From an uncultured Verrucomicrobiae bacterium (GTDB lineage: Bacteria; Verrucomicrobiota; Verrucomicrobiia; Chthoniobacterales; Terrimicrobiaceae), in contig CAVPOC010000003.1 of NCBI GenBank assembly GCA_963706955.1, positions 224,001 through 288,000 of the forward strand: DNA of 64,000 bases, in the 5' to 3' direction. Position 1 is the stretch's first letter; each line of letters opens with the position of its first letter. Made by a program: the position numbers and the translations under genes. The notes beneath the pieces are model-generated. The model was not told where the DNA came from and did no database searches. It saw only the letters and a program-made list of their open reading frames with translations. Shown here one piece after another: positions 42,069 to 51,356 of this stretch.

Positions 42069-42791
42069 ATGAATTCGTGGATTGGTACCTCTGGCTTTCA
42101 GTATCCGGAATGGAAGGGCCATTTCTACCCGGAAAAGTTGCCTGCGGCGAAAATGCTGCCTTTTTACGCCGAGCGATTCCAGACCACCGAGATCAACTAC
42201 ACTTTTCGGCGGACCCCAAGCGGCAAGACTATTGAAAACTGGTGCGAGCTAACGCCTCCACGATTCACCTTCAGTCTGAAGGCGCCTCAGCGCATCACGC
42301 ATTTCGCCAAGCTCCAAAATTGCAGCGATAGCCTGAATTTTTTCTTCGGTGCGATTCAAGGGCTCGAAGACAAACTTGGACCCATTCTTTTCCAATTGCC
42401 TCCCTTTTTCAGGAAGGATGCAGGGATCTTGGCGGCCTTTCTCGGGCAATTACCCGACGGCGTTCGGGCTGCCTTCGAATTTCGGCACAGGTCCTGGTTC
42501 GACGATGAGATTTTTGCGAGCCTCCGAAAGCACAACGCCGCGCTTTGCATCGCCGAGAGCGCCGACCTTAGCACGCCGATAGAGGCGACCGCCAACTTCG
42601 GCTATCTCCGCTTGCGCCGGGAAGACTATGGTCCGGAGGATATCGCCCGGTGGTCGGAAAGGCTACGCTCGCACACTAGCAAATGGAGCGATGCCTTCGT
42701 CTATTTCAAACACGAAGAGCAAGGGATGGGACCAAAGCTTGCCACGCAATTGATAAATTCTCTGCTCTCAAGCAACTCGAGTCACGACTAA
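42069..42791 (+). CDS. DUF72 family protein
   Basis: IGTSGF.Y..W...FYP, EINYTF, LFQLPP, EFRH.SW, YLRL. Confidence 0.92.
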   Translation: MNSWIGTSGFQYPEWKGHFYPEKLPAAKMLPFYAERFQTTEINYTFRRTPSGKTIENWCELTPPRFTFSLKAPQRITHFAKLQNCSDSLNFFFGAIQGLEDKLGPILFQLPPFFRKDAGILAAFLGQLPDGVRAAFEFRHRSWFDDEIFASLRKHNAALCIAESADLSTPIEATANFGYLRLRREDYGPEDIARWSERLRSHTSKWSDAFVYFKHEEQGMGPKLATQLINSLLSSNSSHD

Positions 42792-42933
42792 CACGCACCA
42801 ACCCCGAGGACAGACGGTTCGAGCGCGCGTTGTCTTCACAATGACCACGGCTGGCGAGTCCACCGGCGCGTGATTCTCGCCGCTCGGAAACAGTCTGATT
42901 GATGCGGCGCCGGAAAGCCCTAAGATCCCGAGG

Positions 42934-44622
42934 ATGCAACGGCAATGGATCTTCCCAAGCCTGGATGAGGATGAGGCCGTTGGTCGGTTGAGTAACGAGC
43001 TAAGCGTGCCGCTCTTCCTGGCACGCGTCCTGATGCGCAATGGACTTGGGGATTTCAACGCCGCCACAACTTTTCTTGAGCCGCGTCTTCGCCAACTCCA
43101 GGATCCTTTCCTGATTCCCGAGATGGAGGAAGCGGTCGCTCGCATCCGTCATGCCATCGACTGCCGCGAAGGAATTGTTCTCTATGGGGACTATGACGTC
43201 GATGGAGTTGCCTCGCTGGCGCTCCTGCAACGCATTCTCACGGCGATGGGCGCGCGGGTCAGCTGCTTTCTGCCTCTTCGTGCCGAGGAGGGTTATGGAC
43301 TCAGCGCCTCAGGAGTCGAACGCTGTTTCCAGCAATACTCTCCGGAGCTTCTCGTCGCCGTGGACTGCGGGACCAACTCGGCGCGCGAAGTGGCCGTGAT
43401 TCGTCAGCGCGGAGCAGACGTGATCGTTCTCGATCATCACGAAGTCTCCAGCGAAAGGCCTGATTGCGTGGCGCTGATCAACCCTAAAACCGATGGAAGG
43501 TTTCATTATCTTTGCAGCGCAGGAGTAGCCTTTAAAGTCGCCCACGCGTTGCTCAAGCGATGGCCGAACCCCGGCATCGATCTTAAGGACTATCTGGACA
43601 TCGTCGCGCTGGCCACCCTCGCCGACCTGGTTCCCTTAGTCGGCGAAAATCGGATCCTGGTGCACCGAGGTCTCCAGCAGATGGCACGCACTCGGTGGCC
43701 AGGCCTGGCTGCATTGATGACAATTTCCAATGTGCGTGCGCCGCTTCGGGGAAGCGACATCGGCTTCCGCCTCGGACCGCGCATCAATGCCTCGGGGCGT
43801 CTGGGCACCGCGCTAGAATCGCTCCGGCTCCTGCTATGCGACGACATTCGCGAAGCAACCCAGGTCGCGGAAAGCCTGGATCGCCAGAATCGCGCCCGCC
43901 AAAGCGTTGAAAGAGACCTGATCCTGGAAGTCGAGCAATGGGTCGAAGAACACTACGATGCTACCTGCCACGCAAGCATTGTTGCCGGCCGTCGTGAGTG
44001 GCACCATGGAGTGCTCGGGATCGTCGCCGCGCGCGTCATGCGCAGACATCATCGGCCAACACTATTGGTGGGATTCGACGAAAGCGGACTTGGCAAAGGC
44101 AGCGGCCGGAGCATCGAAGGCGTTTCGCTGGTGGACGCGCTGCGGCAATGTGCCGGTCATCTCGAAAAATTTGGCGGACATGAGATGGCTGCGGGCGTGA
44201 CCGTCCACCAGGATCGATTCGAAGAGTTTCGCCGGGCGTTCGAGGTTTCCACGCGCGCGCGGGTCAACGACGATATCCTCACGCCCAAGCTGCGACTCGA
44301 TGCCGAAATGCCAATGGAAGACATTTCATTCTCCCTCCTCCAGATGCAGGAATTGCTCGAGCCTTACGGAATGGGCAATTCCCAGCCCGTCTTCGCGGCG
44401 CGCAGGGTGACTCCGACGAGCGTCCCCCGAATTCTGAAGGAACGGCATTTGCGGTTCGACTTTCGCGCGGGAGGCCGCATCATCCAAGCCATCTACTTCC
44501 GAGGCGCAGAAGAAGCGCTGCCTGGCCCACCATGGGATGTTGCCTTTACCCTCGAACGCAACGAATTCAACGGGCGTATCGATGCCCAAATACAAATCGT
44601 GGGCATTCGCGCCGCCGCCTGA
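42934..44622 (+). CDS. recJ: ssDNA exonuclease RecJ
   Basis: YGDYDVDG, DHH, PRINASGR, GSGRS, FGGHEMAAG. Confidence 0.96.
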   Translation: MQRQWIFPSLDEDEAVGRLSNELSVPLFLARVLMRNGLGDFNAATTFLEPRLRQLQDPFLIPEMEEAVARIRHAIDCREGIVLYGDYDVDGVASLALLQRILTAMGARVSCFLPLRAEEGYGLSASGVERCFQQYSPELLVAVDCGTNSAREVAVIRQRGADVIVLDHHEVSSERPDCVALINPKTDGRFHYLCSAGVAFKVAHALLKRWPNPGIDLKDYLDIVALATLADLVPLVGENRILVHRGLQQMARTRWPGLAALMTISNVRAPLRGSDIGFRLGPRINASGRLGTALESLRLLLCDDIREATQVAESLDRQNRARQSVERDLILEVEQWVEEHYDATCHASIVAGRREWHHGVLGIVAARVMRRHHRPTLLVGFDESGLGKGSGRSIEGVSLVDALRQCAGHLEKFGGHEMAAGVTVHQDRFEEFRRAFEVSTRARVNDDILTPKLRLDAEMPMEDISFSLLQMQELLEPYGMGNSQPVFAARRVTPTSVPRILKERHLRFDFRAGGRIIQAIYFRGAEEALPGPPWDVAFTLERNEFNGRIDAQIQIVGIRAAA

Positions 44623-44740
44623 TTCGTGGCGATCTCCGATGAGCGATCGGCTGGCTTTTCCACCAACCCGAGATCCAACTGTCGCAGTCTTCGCCGCAGC
44701 AGGACCAGTAGCGTGCTAGGGCTTTCGTGTTTGTGCCACA

Positions 44741-47498
44741 ATGAGTGACATTCACTCAATGAGCTTGGCCTTACTCCGGCCGGAAACGCCACTAGGCGAA
44801 CTCGATTGGGTCCCTCGCGCAAAGCTGGCCCCACTGAGGCGACTGGGGCTGGAGACACTCGGCGATCTGCTCAAACACTATCCCAGGCGATATGAAGATC
44901 GCAGACGGTTTGACCGGTTCCCCGATGATGAAATGATCCAGCCCGTCTGCCTTTTCGGTTTGGTCACCCGAACGTCGCTCAAGCGAATCGGCGGATGGCG
45001 GAGAATGTTTGAGATCACGTTGGAAAACGAGTCCGCCGGCGTGCTGAGCGAACCGGTGACCTGTCGCTGGTTCAACATGCCGTACATGCAGAAGTTGATC
45101 GTCACGGGCCAGCACCTGGTGATCTTCGGAAGACCGAAGAAGAAAGGTCAAAAGATTTTCATTGATCACCCGGAATTCGAAGGCGTGGAAGAAGACGAGG
45201 AGACTTCCATCCACATGAATAGGATCGCTCCCGTGCACCCTGCCGGAGACGGGGTGTCCCCACGATTGCTCAGAGCATTGGTCTTTCAAGCGCTCGCCAA
45301 CACCGATCTTGCCACAGTGCCTTCGCTGCTCCCGACATCGCGCGTCGCGGCGCTCCGCGACATTCATTTTCCGCTCACGTTCGAACATCTGGAGGATGCC
45401 AGGCAGGAGTTGGTGCGTGAGGAATTTTTTTCCATGCAGTTGCTGATCCATGCTCGCCGAGCCGACTGGCAGAGGCTGCCCGGAGTCGCCAAGAACGGCA
45501 AGGGCGAGCTTCTCGAGAACCTCTTACAAGAGCTCCCGTTCCCCCTAACCAGTTCGCAATTGGAAGTCATCGGCGAAATTCGTCGTGACCTTGCGGCGCC
45601 GAAGCGGATGAATCGCCTGCTTCAGGGCGATGTCGGATCCGGAAAAACATTGGTGGCCCTGGCAGCGATGCTGCTGGCGGTGGAGGCCGGCTGGCAGGCT
45701 GCCCTCATGGCTCCAACGCAGATTCTCGCGGAACAGCATTATTTGAACTTCAAGAAATTTCTCGAGCCGCTCGGCATTTCGATCGCCCTCCGCACGGCCG
45801 ATCGCAACGAAGATACTGCCCCGCTGCCCCTCTTCGCGCGTGCCGCGGATCGAGGAGCATACGCGTCCACGGGTGCGGTTTCCGGCGTCCCGCCGGAAAA
45901 CCCTGCTCGGCGGGACGCCGACCAGCACACGCGGGACGCGTATGCTCCCCAGGAATCGCGTTGTTCGAAGCGCAATTTGCCGCACTTCGAACGACCGTGG
46001 GCGAAGGTACGTCGTTACCTTTACCACCCGAGAACGAACGGCTCTCACGCCTGAGGAGCGCGATATCGTTCTCAACGCCGTGCTACATGAGCGTATACGC
46101 TTCACGCTTTACGCCACCTGCGTGATGCCTGATCACGTCCATCTGCTTCTCGAGCCGGCGATCAAAGAGGAGGACACCGCTGGAGCTGCAATCTTCTTCT
46201 CCCTCACCGAAATACTTCACTCCCTGAAGTCGTTTACGGCCCATGAGATCAACAGAGTTAGAGGCAAGAGAGGACCCGTTTGGGAAAAGGAATCATTTGA
46301 TCGGCTGATCCGCTCCGAGGAAGACCTGCAGGAGAAGTTTCATTACATAACTCGCAATCCATGGGACGCGGGCGTGGTAGGCGCAAACGAGGAGTATCCG
46401 TGGGTTTGGTTTCCAGGTTGCGCAAAGGATCGGGGAGCGCACCCGTCCCCGGGTGCAGTTTCCGGCGTCCCGCCGGAAAACCCTGCTCGGCGGGACGCCG
46501 ACCAGCACACGCGGGACGCGTATGCTCCCCAGATCATTGTCGGCACGCATGCGCTTCTTTATGAAGCGAGCGGATTCAACGATCTCGGCCTTATCGTGAT
46601 CGATGAGCAACATAAGTTCGGCGTGCTGCAGCGAACGGGTTTGATCGCCCGGGGCGATTCCCCTGATGTCCTCGTCATGACCGCGACGCCGATCCCGCGC
46701 ACGCTCACGCAAACCATTTACGGCGACCTGGATGTTTCTCTCCTCCTGGAAAAGCCGGCCAATCGCGGAACGATCGCCACGGTAGTGCGTGAGACAGTGA
46801 AACTGCCCGAGGTGATTGAATTTGTAAAAAAGCAGATCGCCAGAGGACGCCAAGTATACATCGTTTACCCATTGGTTGAGGACTCCGAGAAGCTCGCGGC
46901 GAAGTCTGCGACTGCGGAGTTTGAAAAGTGGGGGCCTCTCCTGGCGCCGTACTCTGTCGGGCTTCTTCATGGCCGGATGCCCCCGGGCGACAAGGAAGAG
47001 GTGGTCGCCAAGTTTCGCACGGGGCGACTGGCCGCGCTGATCGCTACCACGGTGGTCGAGGTCGGAGTTGACGTTCCCAATGCCAATGTGATGGTCGTGG
47101 AGAACGCGGAGCGTTTCGGATTGGCACAACTCCATCAGCTTCGCGGCCGTATTGGTCGCGCCGAGCACAAGTCGTTTTGTATTCTACTCCACGACGCCAA
47201 AGCCGACCAACTGGCCTTGGAGAAGCTTGCCGTCCTCGAGAGGACTTCCGACGGGTTCGTGATCGCTGAAGAAGACCTTCGTCTGCGTGGCCCTGGCGAT
47301 TTGCTCGGAACCGCTCAGACCGGCTTGCCTCCTCTGAAGCTCGGAGATCTTTTTCGCGACACGCAGCTGATGAAGGAGGCCGCGGCCCTGGCCGCTAAGA
47401 TTTTCGCGAATGATCCCCAACTGCAAAAGACCGAGCATCGCGCTTTGCGTGATTTCCTGGCGCGATCAACGGCGAAAATCGCTGCCTCAGCTGGTTGA
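44741..47498 (+). CDS. recG: ATP-dependent DNA helicase RecG carrying an internal RAYT insertion (one extra base at 46006-46007)
   Basis: YPRRYEDR wedge, QGDVGSGKT, APTQILAEQH, then the insert, then IIVGTHAL, DEQHKFG, MTATPIPRT, QLHQLRGRIGR, DLRLRGPG; 918 aa if one base is removed, ~690 aa without the insert. Confidence 0.93.
45847..45952. repeat. 106-bp palindromic direct repeat, left copy (coding REPIN-like element)
   Basis: Nested inverted repeats GGAGCATACGCGTCC/GGACGCGTATGCTCC (15 bp) and CGGCGTCCCGCCG/CGGCGGGACGCCG (13 bp); 100/106 identical to the right copy. Confidence 0.95.
45953..46427 (+). mobile_element. REP-associated tyrosine transposase (RAYT; IS200-like Y1/HUH) domain embedded in recG
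   Basis: KRNLPHF..., YVVTFTT, CVMPDHVHLL (HUH at 46134-46142), LKSFTA..IN, WEKESFDRLIR, YITRNP (Tyr at 46344), YPW. Confidence 0.92.
46427..46532. repeat. 106-bp palindromic direct repeat, right copy
   Basis: Last 75 bp identical to the left copy; translated in the same register (DRGA...GVPPENPARRDADQHTRDAYAPQ). Confidence 0.95.
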
Positions 47499-47551
47499 GC
47501 GCTCGAAATCGCACTTGATTTCAGAATTAACCGCTCGTTAATTGCGCCAAA

Positions 47552-48922
47552 ATGGCGCTCGATAAGACTCTTCTAATCGTAGATGACGAGAAGAATACCC
47601 GCGATGGGCTTCGAAATGCCCTGCAGGACCATTACGAAGTCTACGCGGCTGCGGATATTGCCGGCGCGTTTGCGGCTTTGGAAACGGAGCCGGCGGACGT
47701 GCTGATCACGGATTTACGACTCGGCGGCGAAGACGGTATGGAGTTGATGGAAAAGGCGAAGAAGCTGCCGAAGCCTCCCATCTGCATCATGATGACCGCC
47801 TACGGCAGCGTGGATACAGCGGTGGAGGCGATGAAGCGCGGCGCTTACGACTTCGTGACCAAGCCGGTGAATATCGATCGGCTCGAGTTGTTGATTCAGC
47901 GCGCCCTGCGGGAGCGGGATACCCGGCGCGAAAACGTGGAACTTCGCCAGCAGGTCAGCCGACGCGCGGGACTGGAAAGCATGATCGGCCATTCTCCGGC
48001 TATGGTCGAGGTCTTCGAAACAATCAAGCAAGTTGCTCCGTCGAAGGCTACCGTGCTGATTCAGGGCGAAACCGGAACCGGCAAGGAGCTTGCCGCGCAC
48101 GCTATTCATGCCCTCAGCACCCGAGCAGAGAAAAAATTCATCGCCGTGCACTGTAAAGCATTTTCACCACAACTTCTTGAAAGCGAGTTATTTGGTCATG
48201 AGAAGGGCGCCTTCACAGGGGCATTTGAGCGACGCATCGGTCGTTTTGAACAGGCGGCGGGCGGAACGCTCTTTCTCGATGAGATCGGCGAAATCGATGA
48301 GAACACCCAGGTCAAAATCCTTCGCGTCCTCGGTGAGCGCACCTTCGAACGGGTCGGCGGCAACCAGACACTGAATACCGATGTCCGCCTGATCGTAGCA
48401 ACCAACAAAGACCTCGCCACACTGGTAGGGGAAGGAAGGTTCAGGGATGATCTCTATTTCCGACTAAACGTCGTGCCCTTGACGATGCCACCCCTGCGTG
48501 CACGTAAAGAAGATCTGCCCCTCCTGGTGCAGGCGTTCCTCCGAGAGTCGGCCAAGGAAAACGCCAAACCGATCCGTGAAATCGCCCCCGAGGCGATGGC
48601 CTGCATTCTCGAGTATAACTGGCCAGGAAACGTCCGCGAGCTGCGGGCCGCGATCGAACATGCTGTCGTCATGTGCAGCACGCCGAAGATCGGCGTCCGT
48701 GATTTACCCGCCAGTGTCCGCCGCCCGCTGCAAATCCCGGAAGGTCCCCCAGAAGAGTCCCACGGATTAAATTTGCACCAATCGGAGCGAAACCTTATTT
48801 TCCGAGCCCTTGAAGAAAGCGGCGGCAATCGCACCGAGGCGGCCCGGATTCTTGGAATCAGTCGTCGAACGCTGCATCGTCGTTTGAAGGAACTGAACAT
48901 CACAAAGGACACGACCATTTGA
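47552..48922 (+). CDS. Sigma54-dependent response regulator (NtrC/AtoC family)
   Basis: REC domain, GETGTGKE, ELFGHEKGAFTGA, WPGNVREL, Fis HTH. Confidence 0.95.
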   Translation: MALDKTLLIVDDEKNTRDGLRNALQDHYEVYAAADIAGAFAALETEPADVLITDLRLGGEDGMELMEKAKKLPKPPICIMMTAYGSVDTAVEAMKRGAYDFVTKPVNIDRLELLIQRALRERDTRRENVELRQQVSRRAGLESMIGHSPAMVEVFETIKQVAPSKATVLIQGETGTGKELAAHAIHALSTRAEKKFIAVHCKAFSPQLLESELFGHEKGAFTGAFERRIGRFEQAAGGTLFLDEIGEIDENTQVKILRVLGERTFERVGGNQTLNTDVRLIVATNKDLATLVGEGRFRDDLYFRLNVVPLTMPPLRARKEDLPLLVQAFLRESAKENAKPIREIAPEAMACILEYNWPGNVRELRAAIEHAVVMCSTPKIGVRDLPASVRRPLQIPEGPPEESHGLNLHQSERNLIFRALEESGGNRTEAARILGISRRTLHRRLKELNITKDTTI

Positions 48923-49077
48923 TGCTCCCAGCGACGCCCGCGTTCTAAGCCCTCGTGCATCCACTCGAGCCAGAGTGTTCGTTATCTTCCTCAACAGGGC
49001 GACATCTGTCGTCCTATTGACCGATCCATCGTGGTTTCCGATCGTCGGCGTTGGAAGCCGACCCACATACTAGCACC

Positions 49078-49338
49078 ATGAGCGACAAGGAGGCCGTTGC
49101 CGTCGAACTAGTCTCCATCGAACAAGCGATGGAGAGGTTGGAGAATTTGGTTCGCGAGATGGAATCTGGGCAACTGCCTCTGGAGCAGCTCATCAGCAGC
49201 TACGAAGAAGGGGTTAAGCTGGCCAGCCAGTGTCAGGAAAAACTCGACGCCGCCGCAAAAAAAATTCAGGTTATCACCAAAAATTCCTCTGGACGAACCG
49301 TTTTGGAGGACTTTCCTCTTGCTGCCGATGAATCATAA
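49078..49338 (+). CDS. xseB: Exodeoxyribonuclease VII small subunit
   Basis: EQAMERLE.LV..MESG.LPLE.....YEEG..L...C..KL; directly upstream of dxs. Confidence 0.9.
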   Translation: MSDKEAVAVELVSIEQAMERLENLVREMESGQLPLEQLISSYEEGVKLASQCQEKLDAAAKKIQVITKNSSGRTVLEDFPLAADES

Positions 49339-51229
49339 GCCGTTTCTGCCAACCATTCACTCCCCTGCGGACGTGAAGGCCCTCGAGGAAAAGGATCTAC
49401 CTTTCCTGGCCGAAGAGGTGCGCGCTGAGTTGATCCGCGTGCTCTCGCAAACTGGTGGCCACTTGGGGCCCAACCTCGGCGTTGTAGAACTCACGATCGC
49501 CCTGCACCGGGTTTTCAATACCCCAAGAGACAAGTTCGTCTTTGACGTAAGCCATCAAGGATACGTTCATAAGCTCTTCACCGGCCGGCGTGAGCGCTTT
49601 TCCTCGATTCGACAGTATCAAGGTCTCAACGGCTTTCTCCTGAGGACGGAGAGTGAGCACGATTGCTACGGGGCAGGGCACGCGGGCACGGCGCTATCGG
49701 CGGCGCTAGGAATGGCGGCCGCGCGCGACATGCTTGGAGGCGACGAACATGTTGTCTGTGTGGCCGGGGACGCCGCCTTTACCTGTGGGGTAAGCTTCGA
49801 GGCTCTCAACAATCTCGCAGCCACCACGAGGCGGCTGATCCTCGTGCTAAACGACAACGAGTGGTCAATTGCCAAGAACGTGGGCGCGGTGGCTGAGTAT
49901 CTGAACCGCATCGTCGCCAATCCTGCATTTGCCCACTTGCACGACAAAGCCGGGCAGTTCGTCGAGTGGCTCGCCGGAAAGCAGGCGCGACATTTCGCCC
50001 ATAAGGTGGAGGCTGGCGTCAAGAACCTGCTGGCGCCGAGCGTGATCTTCGAGGACCTCGGCTTGCGCTACTACGGCCCGATTGATGGGCACGATATCCC
50101 GCTCCTTATCCGAACGTTCGAATTCCTTAAGACCCAGAATGAGCCGGTTATCCTCCATATTCTGACGAAAAAGGGCAAAGGCTATGCTCCTGCCTTGGAG
50201 AAGCCCGACAAGTTTCATGGGCTTGGCAAGTTTCACCTTGATACGGGGGAGACCGCGGCTTCGGCAAAGCCGACCTATTCCGAACTTTTGGGGAAGACGC
50301 TTGCCGATTTTGCCGATCACAACAACAAGATCGTGGGCGTAACTGCTGCCATGCCCAGCGGCACAGGACTGGTCCATTTCTCAAAGCGACATCCGAATCG
50401 CTGTTTCGACGTCGGCATCGCCGAAGAACATGCCGCCCTCTTCGCCTGCGGACTCGCCGTTCGCGGCATGAAGCCCTTTTTGGCCATTTACTCGACGTTT
50501 CTACAGCGCGCTTACGACATGATCATCCATGATATCGCGCTGCAAAACCTGAACGTCGCGCTTTGCATGGATCGTGCGGGGCTCTCCGGCGACGATGGTC
50601 CTACTCACCACGGTCTCTTCGACATCGGCTATCTTCGCCCGGTTCCCGGAATCGTCCACATGCAACCAAAGGACGAAGATGAGTTCTGCGACATGCTTTG
50701 GACGATGGCGAATTATCATCCCGGCCCCATCGCCATTCGCTATCCGCGAGGAATGGGCACGGGCGCCGAGCCTAAGGAACGTCCAGTGATCCTGGAGATA
50801 GGAAAGGCCGAGGTGCTCTGCCATGGTTCACGCGTGGCCATTATCGCTCTCGGAACGATGGTCGAGGTCGCGTTGGAAGCGGCCACCAAGCTTGAAGAAC
50901 AAGGCATCTCGACCGCGGTAATCAATGCCCGCTGGATTAAACCGCTCGATGTCACCACGATCGAGTTCTTCGCGCGGGGATGCGAGGTGGTCTGCACGAT
51001 GGAAGACCATGTCCTTCACAACGGATTTGGATGTGCGGTGATGGAACACCTCGCCGAGCTGAGGATTACCACTCCGGTCGTCCGGGTCGGCTGGCCTGAC
51101 CAGTTCATCGAGCATGGGAGTGTGCCGATCCTCCGTAAGAAGCATGGCCTCACTGCTGAGGCCACCGTGGAGAAGATCGTGACGGCACTTCCGGTGCGCA
51201 GAGGCATTCGCGTCAAGTCGGCCGCGTGA
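49328..51229 (+). CDS. dxs: 1-deoxy-D-xylulose-5-phosphate synthase
   Basis: GGHLGPNLGVVELT, DVSHQGY.HK, GPIDGHD, DVGIAEEHA, DGPTHHG. Confidence 0.97.
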   Translation: MNHKPFLPTIHSPADVKALEEKDLPFLAEEVRAELIRVLSQTGGHLGPNLGVVELTIALHRVFNTPRDKFVFDVSHQGYVHKLFTGRRERFSSIRQYQGLNGFLLRTESEHDCYGAGHAGTALSAALGMAAARDMLGGDEHVVCVAGDAAFTCGVSFEALNNLAATTRRLILVLNDNEWSIAKNVGAVAEYLNRIVANPAFAHLHDKAGQFVEWLAGKQARHFAHKVEAGVKNLLAPSVIFEDLGLRYYGPIDGHDIPLLIRTFEFLKTQNEPVILHILTKKGKGYAPALEKPDKFHGLGKFHLDTGETAASAKPTYSELLGKTLADFADHNNKIVGVTAAMPSGTGLVHFSKRHPNRCFDVGIAEEHAALFACGLAVRGMKPFLAIYSTFLQRAYDMIIHDIALQNLNVALCMDRAGLSGDDGPTHHGLFDIGYLRPVPGIVHMQPKDEDEFCDMLWTMANYHPGPIAIRYPRGMGTGAEPKERPVILEIGKAEVLCHGSRVAIIALGTMVEVALEAATKLEEQGISTAVINARWIKPLDVTTIEFFARGCEVVCTMEDHVLHNGFGCAVMEHLAELRITTPVVRVGWPDQFIEHGSVPILRKKHGLTAEATVEKIVTALPVRRGIRVKSAA

Positions 51230-51233
51230 CAAT

Positions 51234-51320
51234 GGGAAGTGCACGCGTCCCCGCGTGCAATTTTGAGCGTCCCGCCGGGAGACCGGGTGCGGCGAGACGT
51301 TGCGGAAACCGCCGGACGGC
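51234..51320. repeat. Degenerate free copy of the recG-RAYT palindrome between dxs and glyQS
   Basis: gggaagt-GCACGCG-tccc-CGCGTGC...gcgtcccgccgg...cggcgagacg..ggaaaccgc. Confidence 0.65.
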
Positions 51321-51356
51321 CCGCGTCGGCGTCTCTATTCTGTAGCTATTGTTCTC

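Noticed and set aside
46001..46010. Programmed ribosomal frameshift in the RAYT
   Set aside because: No slippery heptamer at the site, and the same kind of +1 indel recurs in many unrelated genes; an error is more parsimonious, though not proven.
45848..46532. Intein or self-splicing intron as the identity of the recG insertion
   Set aside because: No N-terminal Cys/Ser with C-terminal His-Asn splice signature, no LAGLIDADG or reverse transcriptase domain, and no group II GTGCG...AY ends; the motifs are those of a Y1/HUH RAYT.
45847..46532. CRISPR array or classical IS with terminal inverted repeats
   Set aside because: Only two 106-bp direct repeats separated by a coding region; no cas genes, no DDE transposase, no evident target-site duplication.
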